From the NCBI GenBank assembly GCA_963767735.1, contig CAVYES010000006.1, positions 96,001-160,000 on the forward strand: a stretch of DNA of 64,000 nt, given 5' to 3'. Shown here one piece after another: positions 51,086 to 61,673 of the stretch. Each line of letters begins with the position of its first letter. Position 1 is the stretch's first letter. A model generated the notes under the pieces. It was not told where the DNA came from. It searched no databases and worked only from the letters and a program-made list of their open reading frames with translations. The stretch is from Candidatus Bathyarchaeota archaeon (GTDB lineage Archaea; Thermoproteota; Bathyarchaeia; Bathyarchaeales; Bathycorpusculaceae). Both the position numbers and the translations under genes were made by a program.

Positions 51086-51184
51086 ATGGCAAAACCGATT
51101 AAACCGACAAAAGCGGAAGAAGAAAAGAAAAAGAAAGCCTACTACGCTAAAAAAGAGAAAAAAGCAAAAGAAGTTAAAAAATAG
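51086..51184 (+). CDS. Candidate 32-aa Lys-rich small protein
   Basis: MAKPIKPTKAEEEKKKKAYYAKKEKKAKEVKK; TTTTAT box about 35 nt upstream. Confidence 0.5.
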   Translation: MAKPIKPTKAEEEKKKKAYYAKKEKKAKEVKK

Positions 51185-51962
51185 CTTCTATGCCTAGAAA
51201 CTTTGGGATGCACCGTTTGTCGTGGACAGCGTCGAAGCTTCCCAATTCATCTTTTTTTAGTGGCAACACGATTCTTGACACTAAACCGTTTAAGCTGTAG
51301 GGTAGCCGAATTAAACGCATTTCACCCGCAGTTACCCACTCGTCAATGTGAAAGCCAGCGCTTTTTACTTGTCCCGCAAAGACCTGCCTTCCTTGATTAC
51401 TCAACAGATAAGCTTCTTTGTCTAAAACGTGCAGATGGAAACCTCGTCCTGAATAGACAGCTCTGACTTCAGAGAAACGGTTTGCAAGAAACTCGTAAAG
51501 ACCAATCGCTTCTTTCCTAACCATTTCCAATTCTAATTCGCAGAAGCTCAACCCTTGCTGCCGCTTCATTTTATCCGCCAAGGTGCCGTGGATGGGGCAA
51601 GTTATGTTTTCTGGGTCCAGATCGAAAGCAAGTTCCTGCCCCACTTTGAGGTCGTTTGCGTCGTAGACGTTTCGGTCATAATATACTGCTTCAGGCAAAA
51701 ACTCAATTATTTGGTCTTTCAGGTCTTCCAAGTTTTTGTAATCGTCGATTATTATGGTGGTTGCCGCGTCTTCTTTGTATTTTTCGGGGTAAATTTTTGT
51801 ATGCCTGCCAATGATTACTGCAAACTTTACTTTTCTGCTTTGACTGCTGAACCATTGGGCGGCTCTTTGCAGGTTAAATTCAGAGCTGTAGAATTGTTTT
51901 CTTTCTTCAAGAGTGGAGTATCTCATGCCTTGTGGCATATAATATTGGTTCATCAGTATCAC
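51174..51962 (-). CDS. PriS-like archaeo-eukaryotic primase (AEP) protein
   Basis: ELAFDLD, YSGRGFHLHV, IDEWV...RLIRLPYSL. Confidence 0.88.
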   Translation of the reverse strand: MILMNQYYMPQGMRYSTLEERKQFYSSEFNLQRAAQWFSSQSRKVKFAVIIGRHTKIYPEKYKEDAATTIIIDDYKNLEDLKDQIIEFLPEAVYYDRNVYDANDLKVGQELAFDLDPENITCPIHGTLADKMKRQQGLSFCELELEMVRKEAIGLYEFLANRFSEVRAVYSGRGFHLHVLDKEAYLLSNQGRQVFAGQVKSAGFHIDEWVTAGEMRLIRLPYSLNGLVSRIVLPLKKDELGSFDAVHDKRCIPKFLGIEAIF

Positions 51963-52060
51963 TTTAAAAATGGTTGATTATCCCCAAATGTTTTGCGGAA
52001 GAATCCGTTGGCAGAAAGCCTAATATTGTAGGTTTTCTGAATTTATTATGGTGAATTTTT

Positions 52061-52378
52061 ATGCCAATAGACCCTGATTTTCAAACAAAACGACAAGTTG
52101 TCGGCGAACATAACGGACATAAAGTTTGGGGACCAGTCGAAGCCCCGACGAAACTGGGTATTCATGGAACATCCAGCGCTGTAGACTGGGATTCCTGTGT
52201 CGGAGACGGTGTATGCATCGACGTCTGCCCCGTATCACTGTATGATTGGGCTGAATCTCCCGGACACCCACTTTCTGAGAGGAAATCTGACCCAGCCCGA
52301 GAAAAAGACTGCATACAATGCCTAGCCTGCGAAATGCAATGCCCCGCGGCAGCAATAAAAATAACTCCGCCACCATAA
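52061..52378 (+). CDS. 2x[4Fe-4S]-type ferredoxin with N-terminal extension (zinc-ferredoxin-like)
   Basis: H.GH.VWGP...LGIHGT..AVDWDSCVGDGVC..VCP; CIQCLACE.QCP. Confidence 0.92.
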   Translation: MPIDPDFQTKRQVVGEHNGHKVWGPVEAPTKLGIHGTSSAVDWDSCVGDGVCIDVCPVSLYDWAESPGHPLSERKSDPAREKDCIQCLACEMQCPAAAIKITPPP

Positions 52379-52576
52379 AAAACAAACGTTAGTTTCAATA
52401 GCCTTTTTAATCTTTTTACACCTTTTTTAACTTAATTTAACCTTTTCTAGCCTCAACCTAAAACCAAATCAAGCATTAACAACAAAAGAAACTTGAAAAA
52501 CGTTTTTGCAGAAACAAAGGATTAGGTTAATTTTAACTTCTTTTCACAAAAAAAGAAAAAGAGTAAGCCTGAGAGC

Positions 52577-53188
52577 TTACTTGAACAAGCTGAGCTTTTT
52601 GTTGACGTTGTCCCAGTTGACGATGTTCCAGAAGGCTTCAACGAATTTTGGTCGCTCGTTTTTGTAGTCCAGGTAGTATGCGTGTTCCCAAACGTCGAGA
52701 ACCATTAGGATGTTGAATGTTGGGTAAACGTTCACGTTGTGTTTTTCGATTTGCATTATCAGCGGTCTTCCGATGCATGGATGTACGGCTAGCGCAGCCC
52801 ATCCTGAACCTTCAACACTTGTAGCAGCCATCGTGAATTCCTTTTTGAACCGCTCGAAACTTCCAAAGCCCATATCAATCATGTCGGCTACGGCTCCACT
52901 CGGTTTTCCTCCTCCTTTGCCCGCTGGCGCCATGTTTTCCCAGAAAGCTGTGTGCAGGAGGTGTCCTCCGATGTTGAAGGATAACTCTTTAAGAAGGGCT
53001 TTCTGGTCGAGGTCTGCATTTTCGTTGCGTGCCTTGTCAATTTTTTCAAAAGCTGCGTTTGCGCCGTTTATGTAGGCTTGATGATGCTTGTCATGATGCA
53101 GTTTTAGCTGCTGCTCCGAAATATATGGTGCCAAAGCATTATAGTCATACGGCAATTTGGGTAGAGTAAACGATTTTACTTTTTCCAT
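52577..53188 (-). CDS. sod: Fe/Mn superoxide dismutase
   Basis: [31 protein letters not shown]. Confidence 0.97.
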   Translation of the reverse strand: MEKVKSFTLPKLPYDYNALAPYISEQQLKLHHDKHHQAYINGANAAFEKIDKARNENADLDQKALLKELSFNIGGHLLHTAFWENMAPAGKGGGKPSGAVADMIDMGFGSFERFKKEFTMAATSVEGSGWAALAVHPCIGRPLIMQIEKHNVNVYPTFNILMVLDVWEHAYYLDYKNERPKFVEAFWNIVNWDNVNKKLSLFK

Positions 53189-53345
53189 AAAATTCACCAA
53201 AAATCAAGCAAACCAAAGGAGAAAACAACTAATATACTTTGCCTAGATCAAATAGCGCTGAATCCTCATAAAATAGAAAGCTACGTACTTTAGCGTTAGT
53301 ATAGCTTATAACTTGCTTTTGATTAATTATTTTCTAGTGAATTTT

Positions 53346-53849
53346 ATGACTAAAACTGATGAGAATCTTAAGGCTGCTTTCGCAGGCGAATCCCAAGCTA
53401 ACAGGTTGTATTTGGCTTTCGCTAAGAAGGCAGAGGAAGAAGGCTTCCCTCAAGTTGCTAAACTGTTTAAAGCCGCAGCGCAATCAGAAACAATCCACGC
53501 CCTAAACCACCTGCAGATAACTGGACAGGTAAAATCAACCAAAGAAAACTTAGGCACTGCGATTACTGGAGAAACATACGAGTTCAAAACAATGTACCCC
53601 GAATTCATCGCTGACGCAAAGAAGGAAGGAAATAAACACGCTGAAATTAGCTTTGAGTTCGCCAACAAGGTTGAGCAAATCCATGCGGGCTTATACCAGA
53701 AAGCACTTGATACAATGAAAAACAAAAAGGAACATGCCGCGGTAGACTATTACGTGTGCCCTGTTTGCGGAAACACATTTGAAGGCTCAGCTCCCGACAA
53801 ATGCCCAATCTGCGCAACGCCAAAAGAGAAATTCATGAAAATAACATAA
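53346..53849 (+). CDS. rbr: Rubrerythrin
   Basis: AFAGESQA, E..HA, GE.YE...MYP, C-terminal CPVCG...CPIC. Confidence 0.96.
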   Translation: MTKTDENLKAAFAGESQANRLYLAFAKKAEEEGFPQVAKLFKAAAQSETIHALNHLQITGQVKSTKENLGTAITGETYEFKTMYPEFIADAKKEGNKHAEISFEFANKVEQIHAGLYQKALDTMKNKKEHAAVDYYVCPVCGNTFEGSAPDKCPICATPKEKFMKIT

Positions 53850-53853
53850 AAAG

Positions 53854-55041
53854 CTAAGGTTTGATTTTTTGGGCTATCTTTTGCCCAAAATCAAAACATT
53901 TTTTCAAATCTTCTTTGTCTGGAACGTATTTCACCTCAACGTTTGACTCGTACACCTCGAAACCTGCTTTTTTCGCCATTTCCGTCATGTCTCTAACTGC
54001 GCCGCCGCCCCAGCCATAGGAGCCAAAGAAACCCCAGATTTTGCCTTTAGGCTTCAAACCAGTTATGTACGTTAAAAATGAGCCTAAACTGGGAAACATC
54101 TGATTGTTCAGTGTTGGCGAACCCACAACCACCATTTTGGCGTCGAGAATCTCTGTCACTACGTCGGTGTTGTCTGTGGCTCGAAGTTTGAGAAGCTTAA
54201 CTTCGATGCCTCCGCTTGTTAAGCCGTCGGCTATGGCTCTTGCCATTTTGTCTGTGCTTCCCCACATGGTATCAAAAACCACAACTGCCTTCTGTTTAGC
54301 GGCGCCGGAGCTCCAGTTCAAGTAGGCATTAATTATCTTTGATGGGTCTTTTCGCCAAATTATGCCGTGGCTTGGTGCAATAATGTCGATGGGAATTCCC
54401 ATTTGGACAATTTCCTGAATCTTTCTTGTTATAAGCGGAGCAAAAGGAATCAAAATATTGGCATAATACGTTTTGGCTTCTTGCATAAGCTCGCATTCAT
54501 CAACCTCATCGTCAAAACGCCCAGAGCCTGCAAAGTGCTGTCCAAAAGCATCATTAGGCATGAGGATTTTGTCTTCAATTATGTAGGTGAACATGCTGTC
54601 GGGCCAATGCAGCATAGGTGCCTCAATAAACCTCAACGTACGCTTGCCCAGCTTCAATTCATCGCCACTTTTAACAGTTTCAACCACATTGAAGTCTGCC
54701 CCATAATGCTCGATTAAGGCGTCTTTTCCCCTCTGCGAAGAAATTATCTTGGCGTTTTTCGCAAGTTTCGCAATTATGGGGAGGCTGCTGGAATGATCCA
54801 TCTCCACGTGGTTAACTATTATGTAATCAATTTTTTCAAGGCTTGTTAACTCCGAAATGTTTTCGATAAGCTCGTTGCTGAACGCATGTTTCACGGTGTC
54901 GATGAGCGCTATTTTTTCATCTGAAATCAAGTATGCGTTGTAGGTGCTTCCTCGACTGGTAATGTAACCGTGAAAGTCTCGTATGTTCCAATCGACAACT
55001 CCAACCCAGTTTACCCCTTCCTTCAAAACAACTTTAACCAT
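53854..55041 (-). CDS. fprA: Flavodiiron protein (FprA)
   Basis: GSTYNAY, NHVEMDHS, HWPDSM, DAFGQH, APSHG, C-terminal flavodoxin domain. Confidence 0.96.
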   Translation of the reverse strand: MVKVVLKEGVNWVGVVDWNIRDFHGYITSRGSTYNAYLISDEKIALIDTVKHAFSNELIENISELTSLEKIDYIIVNHVEMDHSSSLPIIAKLAKNAKIISSQRGKDALIEHYGADFNVVETVKSGDELKLGKRTLRFIEAPMLHWPDSMFTYIIEDKILMPNDAFGQHFAGSGRFDDEVDECELMQEAKTYYANILIPFAPLITRKIQEIVQMGIPIDIIAPSHGIIWRKDPSKIINAYLNWSSGAAKQKAVVVFDTMWGSTDKMARAIADGLTSGGIEVKLLKLRATDNTDVVTEILDAKMVVVGSPTLNNQMFPSLGSFLTYITGLKPKGKIWGFFGSYGWGGGAVRDMTEMAKKAGFEVYESNVEVKYVPDKEDLKKCFDFGQKIAQKIKP

Positions 55042-55047
55042 GATATC

Positions 55048-55467
55048 TTACTCCTTTGTCACTTTAACATTATAGCTTATTTTTACGCCTGCCTTCTCAA
55101 AAAGTATTCCCACGGGGCAATTTTCAAGAGTCAACTTATGCATCCTCTCAACTCTATCCTGCGGTGCATTGGTTTTGATCTGGATATCAAAAGTTTCCTC
55201 AGCTATAGTTCCTGTTTCATCCGATTTCAATGCTTCGACCTTAACTTTTAACCCTTTTAGTTCCAAATGCATTTTCTTGGCTGTCAAAAGGCAAATTGTC
55301 GCATAACAACCGGCGTGGCTCATCAAGCAAAGTTCAAGGGATGAAGATCCAAGTCCTGTTCCCAGGTCAGGTGCAAGGTCCACTATGTAACTGTGGGCTT
55401 CATTATCGTCGAGGGCTATTTGGAAGCCTTCTATTAACTTGGCGTTTGCATAGATTTTTGTTGTCAA
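55048..55467 (-). CDS. OsmC-family protein
   Basis: D....G...G....EL..MS.AGC...CPV. Confidence 0.9.
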   Translation of the reverse strand: MTTKIYANAKLIEGFQIALDDNEAHSYIVDLAPDLGTGLGSSSLELCLMSHAGCYATICLLTAKKMHLELKGLKVKVEALKSDETGTIAEETFDIQIKTNAPQDRVERMHKLTLENCPVGILFEKAGVKISYNVKVTKE

Positions 55468-55785
55468 AGTTTCTCCGCTCCAATTTGAGGGCAGTAAAAA
55501 TCAAGTTTTGATTGTTGTTAGCGTTTATATGGATTGTGTTTTGTGGGACCTTTCAATGTGATTTAGTGTGATCGAGGCGGGGTATGGTCCCAATTTTGTT
55601 GTTGAATTCTTATATCTAAATTGATGGGAGAGTTCGATGCCCGACTAGTAAGACGAAACGTCTCGTTTTAAGCCTACGTCTTTGTGCTCTTCTTTAAGTA
55701 AAATAAAAAATCAATATATGCCTCAATCATCTTACTTTATATTTGCCACGACCAAAAATTGGCAAGCTATTGGAGCGTAGGTTTT

Positions 55786-56430
55786 ATGAGTTTAATTCCT
55801 GATGATAAGAAAGAATTGCTTAAAAACGATTTTAATGAGAAACTGGTTGACCCAGTTAAAATTGTCATGTTTACCCAAGAGATGGAGTGCCGATACTGCT
55901 CTGACACGAGAAACCTTGTGCAAGATTTAGCCACACTCAACGACAAGATAACAACTGAGATCCATGATTTTGTCGCTGACGCCGCAAAAGCCAAAGAATA
56001 CGGCATCGATAAAATTCCGGCCATAGCTATAATAGGCAAAAAAGATTATGGCGTCAGAATTTACGGGATACCCTACGGGTATGAACTTCAAACTTTAATT
56101 GAAGCAATCATTAACGTTTCAAAAGGTCAAACGGACCTTTCAGACAACACTAAGTCTATTCTAAAAGAAGTGAAATCTCCCGTTCACATACAAGTCTTCG
56201 TTACTCTAACATGTCCTCATTGTCCCGCTGCTGCTGCCGTCGCACATAAACTGGCTATCGAAAGCGACTTGGTGAAAGCAGATGTGATAGAAACCAGTGA
56301 GTTCCCCGACTTAGCCATCAAGTACAATGTGATTGGCGTACCAAAAATTGTTATTAATGAGAAAATAGAGTTTGTTGGAGCTTTCAATGAGGATCTGTTT
56401 GCGGAACATGTATTGTTAGGCGCCTTCTAG
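55786..56430 (+). CDS. Protein disulfide oxidoreductase (PDO, two thioredoxin folds)
   Basis: CRYC, GIP.GYE, VT.TCPHCP, GVPK. Confidence 0.95.
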   Translation: MSLIPDDKKELLKNDFNEKLVDPVKIVMFTQEMECRYCSDTRNLVQDLATLNDKITTEIHDFVADAAKAKEYGIDKIPAIAIIGKKDYGVRIYGIPYGYELQTLIEAIINVSKGQTDLSDNTKSILKEVKSPVHIQVFVTLTCPHCPAAAAVAHKLAIESDLVKADVIETSEFPDLAIKYNVIGVPKIVINEKIEFVGAFNEDLFAEHVLLGAF

Positions 56431-56507
56431 AAACAGAAGCAGTTAACAGAAAAAGAACTTGACGGGAATCAAAAAGGAAAATGGCCGACAGCAGCCAATA
56501 ATAAAGT

Positions 56508-56708
56508 TTAGTTTCCTCCGCAACCGCAACTATGTGCGCCTGGTTTTCCAGACATGCCAGCGTATTTTGCTGGATCTTTGTCGAAAGTGATTTTACAGGA
56601 AGAGGCGCAGAAATAGAAAGCTTTGCCGTTGTAATCGGATTTGAATTTTGCTTTTTTCTCGTCAACCATCATGCCGCAAACCGGATCTTTCGCCATATTC
56701 ATTTTCAC
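56508..56708 (-). CDS. YHS/TRASH-domain metal chaperone
   Basis: DPVCGM.V...YFC...C...F..DP.KY; C-terminal HSCGCG. Confidence 0.9.
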   Translation of the reverse strand: MKMNMAKDPVCGMMVDEKKAKFKSDYNGKAFYFCASSCKITFDKDPAKYAGMSGKPGAHSCGCGGN

Positions 56709-56721
56709 CTCACGTTAGATT

Positions 56722-58827
56722 TTATTGGTTTACTTTGTTTGATTTAAACTTAGCCAGCTTCAGCAGCGCCGAGTTGCTGACTACGGTTATGCTGCTTATC
56801 GCCATGGCGCCGGCAGCGTACATAGGGTTAAGCAAGCCTGCGGCTGCAATCGGAATCATAACTACGTTATAGCCAAAAGCCCAAAACAGGTTAGTGTCGA
56901 TTTTGCGCATGGTTTTCTTGCTCAGCTCAATGGCTAACGCCACATCGCGCAAGTCATCTCTTATCAGGACAATGCCCCCTGTTTCTTTGGCAATGTCGGT
57001 TCCGCTGCCAATAGCAATACCGATGTCTGCCTGCGCGAGTGCGGGAGCATCGTTGATTCCGTCCCCAACCATAGCTACAACTTTGCCTTTAGCCTGCAAC
57101 TTTTTGATTTCATCCGCTTTTTCCCAAGGCAGAACGTTTGCAATAACCTGACTTATTCCCAATTGTTTGGCTATAGCTTTGGCTGTCGTCTCATTATCTC
57201 CAGTCAGCATTGCAATCTCCAAGTTCATTTCCTTCAAATCCGCGATGGCTTGGGCGGCATTCTCTTTAGGGGTATCCATAGCCGCAATCAACCCAGCAGC
57301 ATCGCCATCGACGGCTAGTATCATGACAGTTTTCCCCTGGCTCTCCAGCAATGCAAGGTCGGTCTCTAACCCGCCTAAAGCTACGTTTTGTTCCTGCATT
57401 AATTTGCGGTTTCCAAACAGAAGCTTTTTGCCTCCGACACTGCATTTGACGCCTCTGCCGGGTATGGCCTCGAAACTGCCGGATTCTGAAATGCTTATCC
57501 CGTCTTTTTCGGCTTTGGCAAGGATTGCTGCCGCTAATGGGTGCTCGGACCCTTTCTCAGCTGAGCCTGCATACTGCAACACGTTCTGTTGAGTGTAGGC
57601 GTTGTAGGTTTTTATGTCGGTTACGCTTGGTTCTCCTTTTGTCAAAGTGCCTGTTTTGTCGAATACGACGGTTGTGAGTTTTCTTGCTTTTTCAACGAAT
57701 TCTCCGCTGCGAAGTAACACGCCGTACTCTGCGCCCTTTCCGACACCTGCAAGAATTGCTGTCGGAGTCGCTATTCCTAAAGCACACGGGCAAGCGATTA
57801 ACAGTACGGCAAGAAGCGCTAAAAATGCCTGTGTGAAACCAGCCGCTATGAACCAATAGATGAATGATAAGGCTGCAGCCGTGAAAATTATTGGAACAAA
57901 ATATTTTATGACGCGGTCGGCGAATTTTTGTGCTGGTGCGCTGGAAGCCTGCGCTTCTTCAACAAGATGCACTATCTGGGATAGGGCTGTTTCGTCGCTG
58001 AGTTTCGTAGCTTTGATTGTTAAGAGCCCTGTTTTGTTGATGGTGGCGCCGATGACTTCGCTTCCGACAGTTTTCTCGACAGGGATGCTTTCGCCCGTGA
58101 GCAGCTTCTCGTCTACTGACGAGTAGCCTGAGATTACTGTGCCGTCTATAGGGATTTTTTCTCCCGGTTTCACCGTGATTGTGTCGCCTACCTGCACTTG
58201 CTCAATAGGGATGTCGGATTCCTTGCCATTTTTAACGACCCTTGCCATGGTTGGTTGAAGTTCGAGCAGTTTTCGTATTGAAGCGGCAGAGCGGCGTCGA
58301 ATTGTTTCTTCGATGTATTTACCCAGCAGAACAAAAGCTAAAATGCCGATGGCGATTTCCAAATAGCTTACACTTGCGCTGATTGCTGATGGAACAAATA
58401 GGCTGATAACTCCATACAACCAGCCTGCTAGGACTCCGACAGAGACTAGCACATCCATGTTAACATTGTGGTTCTTAAGCGACAAGTATGCACCTTTGTA
58501 GATTCGAAAGCCCGCAATCCAAACGACAGGCGTAGACACTGCGAGCACGATAAGGTTGATGACTTGCAACCCGCCAACTACGTCAAAATACATTGCTGCC
58601 GCCAAAAGCCCGAAAAGCGTAATTAAGCGTAAACCTAGGGCGGCTACTACGCCGATTAAGGTGACTGCGACTCGACGCTGCATGGCTTTCAGTTCGCGTT
58701 CGGGTGCGGTGTAGACATCGAGGCATTGTTGGCTGCAGAAGTAGTAGGTTCGGTCGCCTATCTTGGCACTTAGGGCTGTTTCCGTGTCAACATCCATGCC
58801 GCATACTGGATCGCGTATTTTAGTCAT
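56722..58827 (-). CDS. copA: Cu(I)-type P1B ATPase with N-terminal YHS domain
   Basis: [32 protein letters not shown]. Confidence 0.95.
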   Translation of the reverse strand: MTKIRDPVCGMDVDTETALSAKIGDRTYYFCSQQCLDVYTAPERELKAMQRRVAVTLIGVVAALGLRLITLFGLLAAAMYFDVVGGLQVINLIVLAVSTPVVWIAGFRIYKGAYLSLKNHNVNMDVLVSVGVLAGWLYGVISLFVPSAISASVSYLEIAIGILAFVLLGKYIEETIRRRSAASIRKLLELQPTMARVVKNGKESDIPIEQVQVGDTITVKPGEKIPIDGTVISGYSSVDEKLLTGESIPVEKTVGSEVIGATINKTGLLTIKATKLSDETALSQIVHLVEEAQASSAPAQKFADRVIKYFVPIIFTAAALSFIYWFIAAGFTQAFLALLAVLLIACPCALGIATPTAILAGVGKGAEYGVLLRSGEFVEKARKLTTVVFDKTGTLTKGEPSVTDIKTYNAYTQQNVLQYAGSAEKGSEHPLAAAILAKAEKDGISISESGSFEAIPGRGVKCSVGGKKLLFGNRKLMQEQNVALGGLETDLALLESQGKTVMILAVDGDAAGLIAAMDTPKENAAQAIADLKEMNLEIAMLTGDNETTAKAIAKQLGISQVIANVLPWEKADEIKKLQAKGKVVAMVGDGINDAPALAQADIGIAIGSGTDIAKETGGIVLIRDDLRDVALAIELSKKTMRKIDTNLFWAFGYNVVMIPIAAAGLLNPMYAAGAMAISSITVVSNSALLKLAKFKSNKVNQ

Positions 58828-59206
58828 GGCTTTCTCTTTGAAATGTTTGGCTGCTTATCCATATAAATGTGTCTAAAAAAGATACATATTTAACCATTGC
58901 ACGAACGAAAACAGTTAACCAAACAAACCTCCACCCAACAAAAACCCCGGCAATACTGCAACAAAAAAAAATTAGCAATCGACCAAAATCAACAATTAGT
59001 AAAATCAGCGGCTTAGAAATAGAGCTGCAAAGTTCTTCCAAATGTTATTTTTATTTCCGCATATGATCTATGCAGGTTTTCCACGGTGGGTGGGGCAGTG
59101 TCGAATCCGGTGCTGGGCAACTTGATGCGTCTTTAACACGCAAAAGGGGGACTAATAATGAAAATCTTTATAGCTGTTCTGGGCTTTTACACATGGCTGA
59201 TAACGC

Positions 59207-60058
59207 TTGTCTGCTATTCTTCACTTGATCTATGCAGCGCTAATAGGACTAATCCAGGGCATTTCTGAGTGGCTGCCCATAAGTAGCAAAACACAAATCA
59301 TCGTTTCCTCCACTTATCTTCTCAAGCTCACATTTCAGCAAGCATACACTTTTGGCCTTTTCATGGAGATCGGCACGATTTTTGCTGCTGTAGTTTATTT
59401 CAGAAAAGATCTGTTAGAAATGATACGGGTGCTGTTTGGTTCGAAGGATAAATTGCAAAGAAAACTTCTCATCTACGTCATAGTTGTCACATTAATAACT
59501 GCCCTAATAGCCGTTCCAATCTATCTTGTTGCCGACTCCATAAGCGGAATCGCATTAGGTATCCCAATGCTCATAGTGGGGTTGGTTCTTCTGGCAGACG
59601 CCGCGCTCATACGATACTCTAGAAGGAAAAGGGAAAAAGGAATAAACTCCAGAAAACTGGAAAACTTGTCACTCAAAGATTTCGTGCTCATAGGAATCGT
59701 GCAGGGCATATCAGCTTTGCCTGGGGTCAGCAGGTCAGGGACCACGACGAGCGCCATGTTGCTGCTGGACGTTGAACCTGACGAGGCTTTTAGACTATCG
59801 TTTGTTGCGGGCATTTTCGCGTCAATCGGAGCTTTTGGGCTAACTCTTATCGCCTCCAGGTCGAATGTGTCCGCTGCGGTTGCAGGGATTGGTTTGGCAG
59901 GCATCGCCGTGGCAATAATAGTTGCCACGATTGTAAGTTTGTTTTTGATTGATTTTCTTATCAAAGTCGCTGGAAAGTCAAAAATAATTTACCTAATAAC
60001 CGCGCTTGGAATAATAGCAATGGCCAGCGGCTTGCTGTATTTAGTTTTTCGATTATGA
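59207..60058 (+). CDS. uppP: Undecaprenyl-diphosphate phosphatase (BacA/UppP family)
   Basis: QG.SEWLPISS, Q..SALPGVSRSG.T, AFRLSF. Confidence 0.93.
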   Translation: MSAILHLIYAALIGLIQGISEWLPISSKTQIIVSSTYLLKLTFQQAYTFGLFMEIGTIFAAVVYFRKDLLEMIRVLFGSKDKLQRKLLIYVIVVTLITALIAVPIYLVADSISGIALGIPMLIVGLVLLADAALIRYSRRKREKGINSRKLENLSLKDFVLIGIVQGISALPGVSRSGTTTSAMLLLDVEPDEAFRLSFVAGIFASIGAFGLTLIASRSNVSAAVAGIGLAGIAVAIIVATIVSLFLIDFLIKVAGKSKIIYLITALGIIAMASGLLYLVFRL

Positions 60059-60282
60059 TGCAGATATTGATAAATTTTAAACCAAACTTTACAGCCGAAA
60101 TAATTGCTGCTCCTTAACGCATTGCGCCACACAGCAAAAGCATCCGCGCTTATCTTTTTTGCGTGCAAAGATAAGCGTAATCATCAAGGAAAATACAACT
60201 CGAACTTACTCCAATATCAAATGACCTCTGAAAAATGGCTCAGCCAAAAGACTTGTGAGATGCGAAGTAAGATGCGCGAAGG

Positions 60283-60558
60283 TTATTCTAATCGTTTAAT
60301 TATGTGGTACCCGAATTGTGTCTTTACGGGGTCAGAAGTTTGGCCTTTCTCGAGCGCGAAAGCAGCTTTTTCAAACTCCTTAACCATTTTGCCTCTTGTA
60401 AAGGTGCCTAAGTCTCCGCTGTTCTTTGCAGATGGGCAAAGAGAGACGTTTTTGGCGATTGAGCCGAATTTTTCGCCTTTGTCAAGTCGAGCTTTAATGT
60501 TTTTTGCTTCTGTTTCTGTCTTGACGAGAATGTGTGCACAGTGAATTTTGTCTGTCAT
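60283..60558 (-). CDS. ppiC: Parvulin-type peptidyl-prolyl isomerase
   Basis: HILVK, S.CPS...[22 protein letters not shown]. Confidence 0.95.
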   Translation of the reverse strand: MTDKIHCAHILVKTETEAKNIKARLDKGEKFGSIAKNVSLCPSAKNSGDLGTFTRGKMVKEFEKAAFALEKGQTSDPVKTQFGYHIIKRLE

Positions 60559-61432
60559 AAACAGAGTGAACATCACTTTATCATATAACTTTTACGTGCA
60601 AACCACGCATTTTCATAATGAGCTGATTGATTTGTCCAACAGAACAGCAACAATCTCGGAAAATGACAAGATAAATGCAATTTGGCTTCGTTTATAATGC
60701 CTAAAAATATATAAAAAGTTAAAAAACTTAGCTGCGGCTTTCCCACCGCTTCGAACTTCGAAGTATCGGCTAACGTAATTGTTATAACAAAAGCAGCCAG
60801 TACTTTATGCATGACAAACTCTATTCCACTCAGAAATATGGAAGAAGAACAAAAAGTCGACTATGCCACAGTAGAGCAAATTTCAAAAATTATGAGATTT
60901 TTAAGAAATATTGAAGATTAAGGAAACTTTAGAACTGACAAAAAACGGGGCAACACTAAACAAAACGACTGCCATTACACCCGTTAAGCCTCGGTAGCAT
61001 TTTTTCCCTGTTCTTAGCACGTTTACGCAATTTCGACTGGTAAATTGCACACGTTAAAAAGTTATCGGCGATTTCGTGGGCGTGACGGGCAAAGGTTCAA
61101 CGAATGGCGCACCATTCAAAATAACCTAATATTGAAGTAACGTTGTTGCAACTCACGTCACTGTTCGCCATGTTGTGGCATTGAGCCAAGGCAAGAAAAG
61201 TATAATTGTAAATCCGGCGCAAAAGGCTTAAGCAACTTGGAAGCTCAGGCGTTCGACGAAAAAGTAGTTGATGTGTAAAGAGTTTTCAAACAGGCCAAGA
61301 TTGACCAGCAAGAGCTTACAACACAAAAGCTATCGACAGCAATTGACTGAGAATAAAATAGTTAGATAATAAAGAAGGGAATAATCTCCCACCTATCGAT
61401 GAGAGATACATGCTCATTCGGTAAGTCTAAAT

Positions 61433-61612
61433 TTACTCGATTACCTGAATTGCACCTTCAGGGCATTGGGCTTCACATGCTCTGCAGACTAGGCATTCGC
61501 TTGCTTTGCTTGGCGATGATTTGCCGTCTTTTATTTCGTAAACGCCTACAGGGCAAGTGTTCACGCATGTTTCGCATCCGGTGCATTTGGGATCAACAAC
61601 TATTTTTACCAT
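61433..61612 (-). CDS. 2x[4Fe-4S] ferredoxin
   Basis: Below the ORF-track cutoff; MVKIVVDPKCTGCETCVNTCPVG...ECLVCRACEAQCPEGAIQVIE. Confidence 0.93.
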   Translation of the reverse strand: MVKIVVDPKCTGCETCVNTCPVGVYEIKDGKSSPSKASECLVCRACEAQCPEGAIQVIE

Positions 61613-61673
61613 ATTTGTTTACCTCTGATTTTTATTGAAAAGTTATTGTGTAAAATAAAAGGGTTTAGGTATT

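Noticed and set aside
55640-55682. Hammerhead ribozyme (GACGAAAC...GTC)
   Set aside because: The CTGANGA core is absent.
59085-59120. tmRNA- or tRNA-like GGATTCGAC on the minus strand
   Set aside because: No acceptor stem, cloverleaf or tag frame.
60580-61430. RNase P or SRP RNA, or a gene, in the long spacer
   Set aside because: No conserved P4 or SRP helix-8 motifs were recognised; the small ORF at 60811-60921 has no supporting motif.
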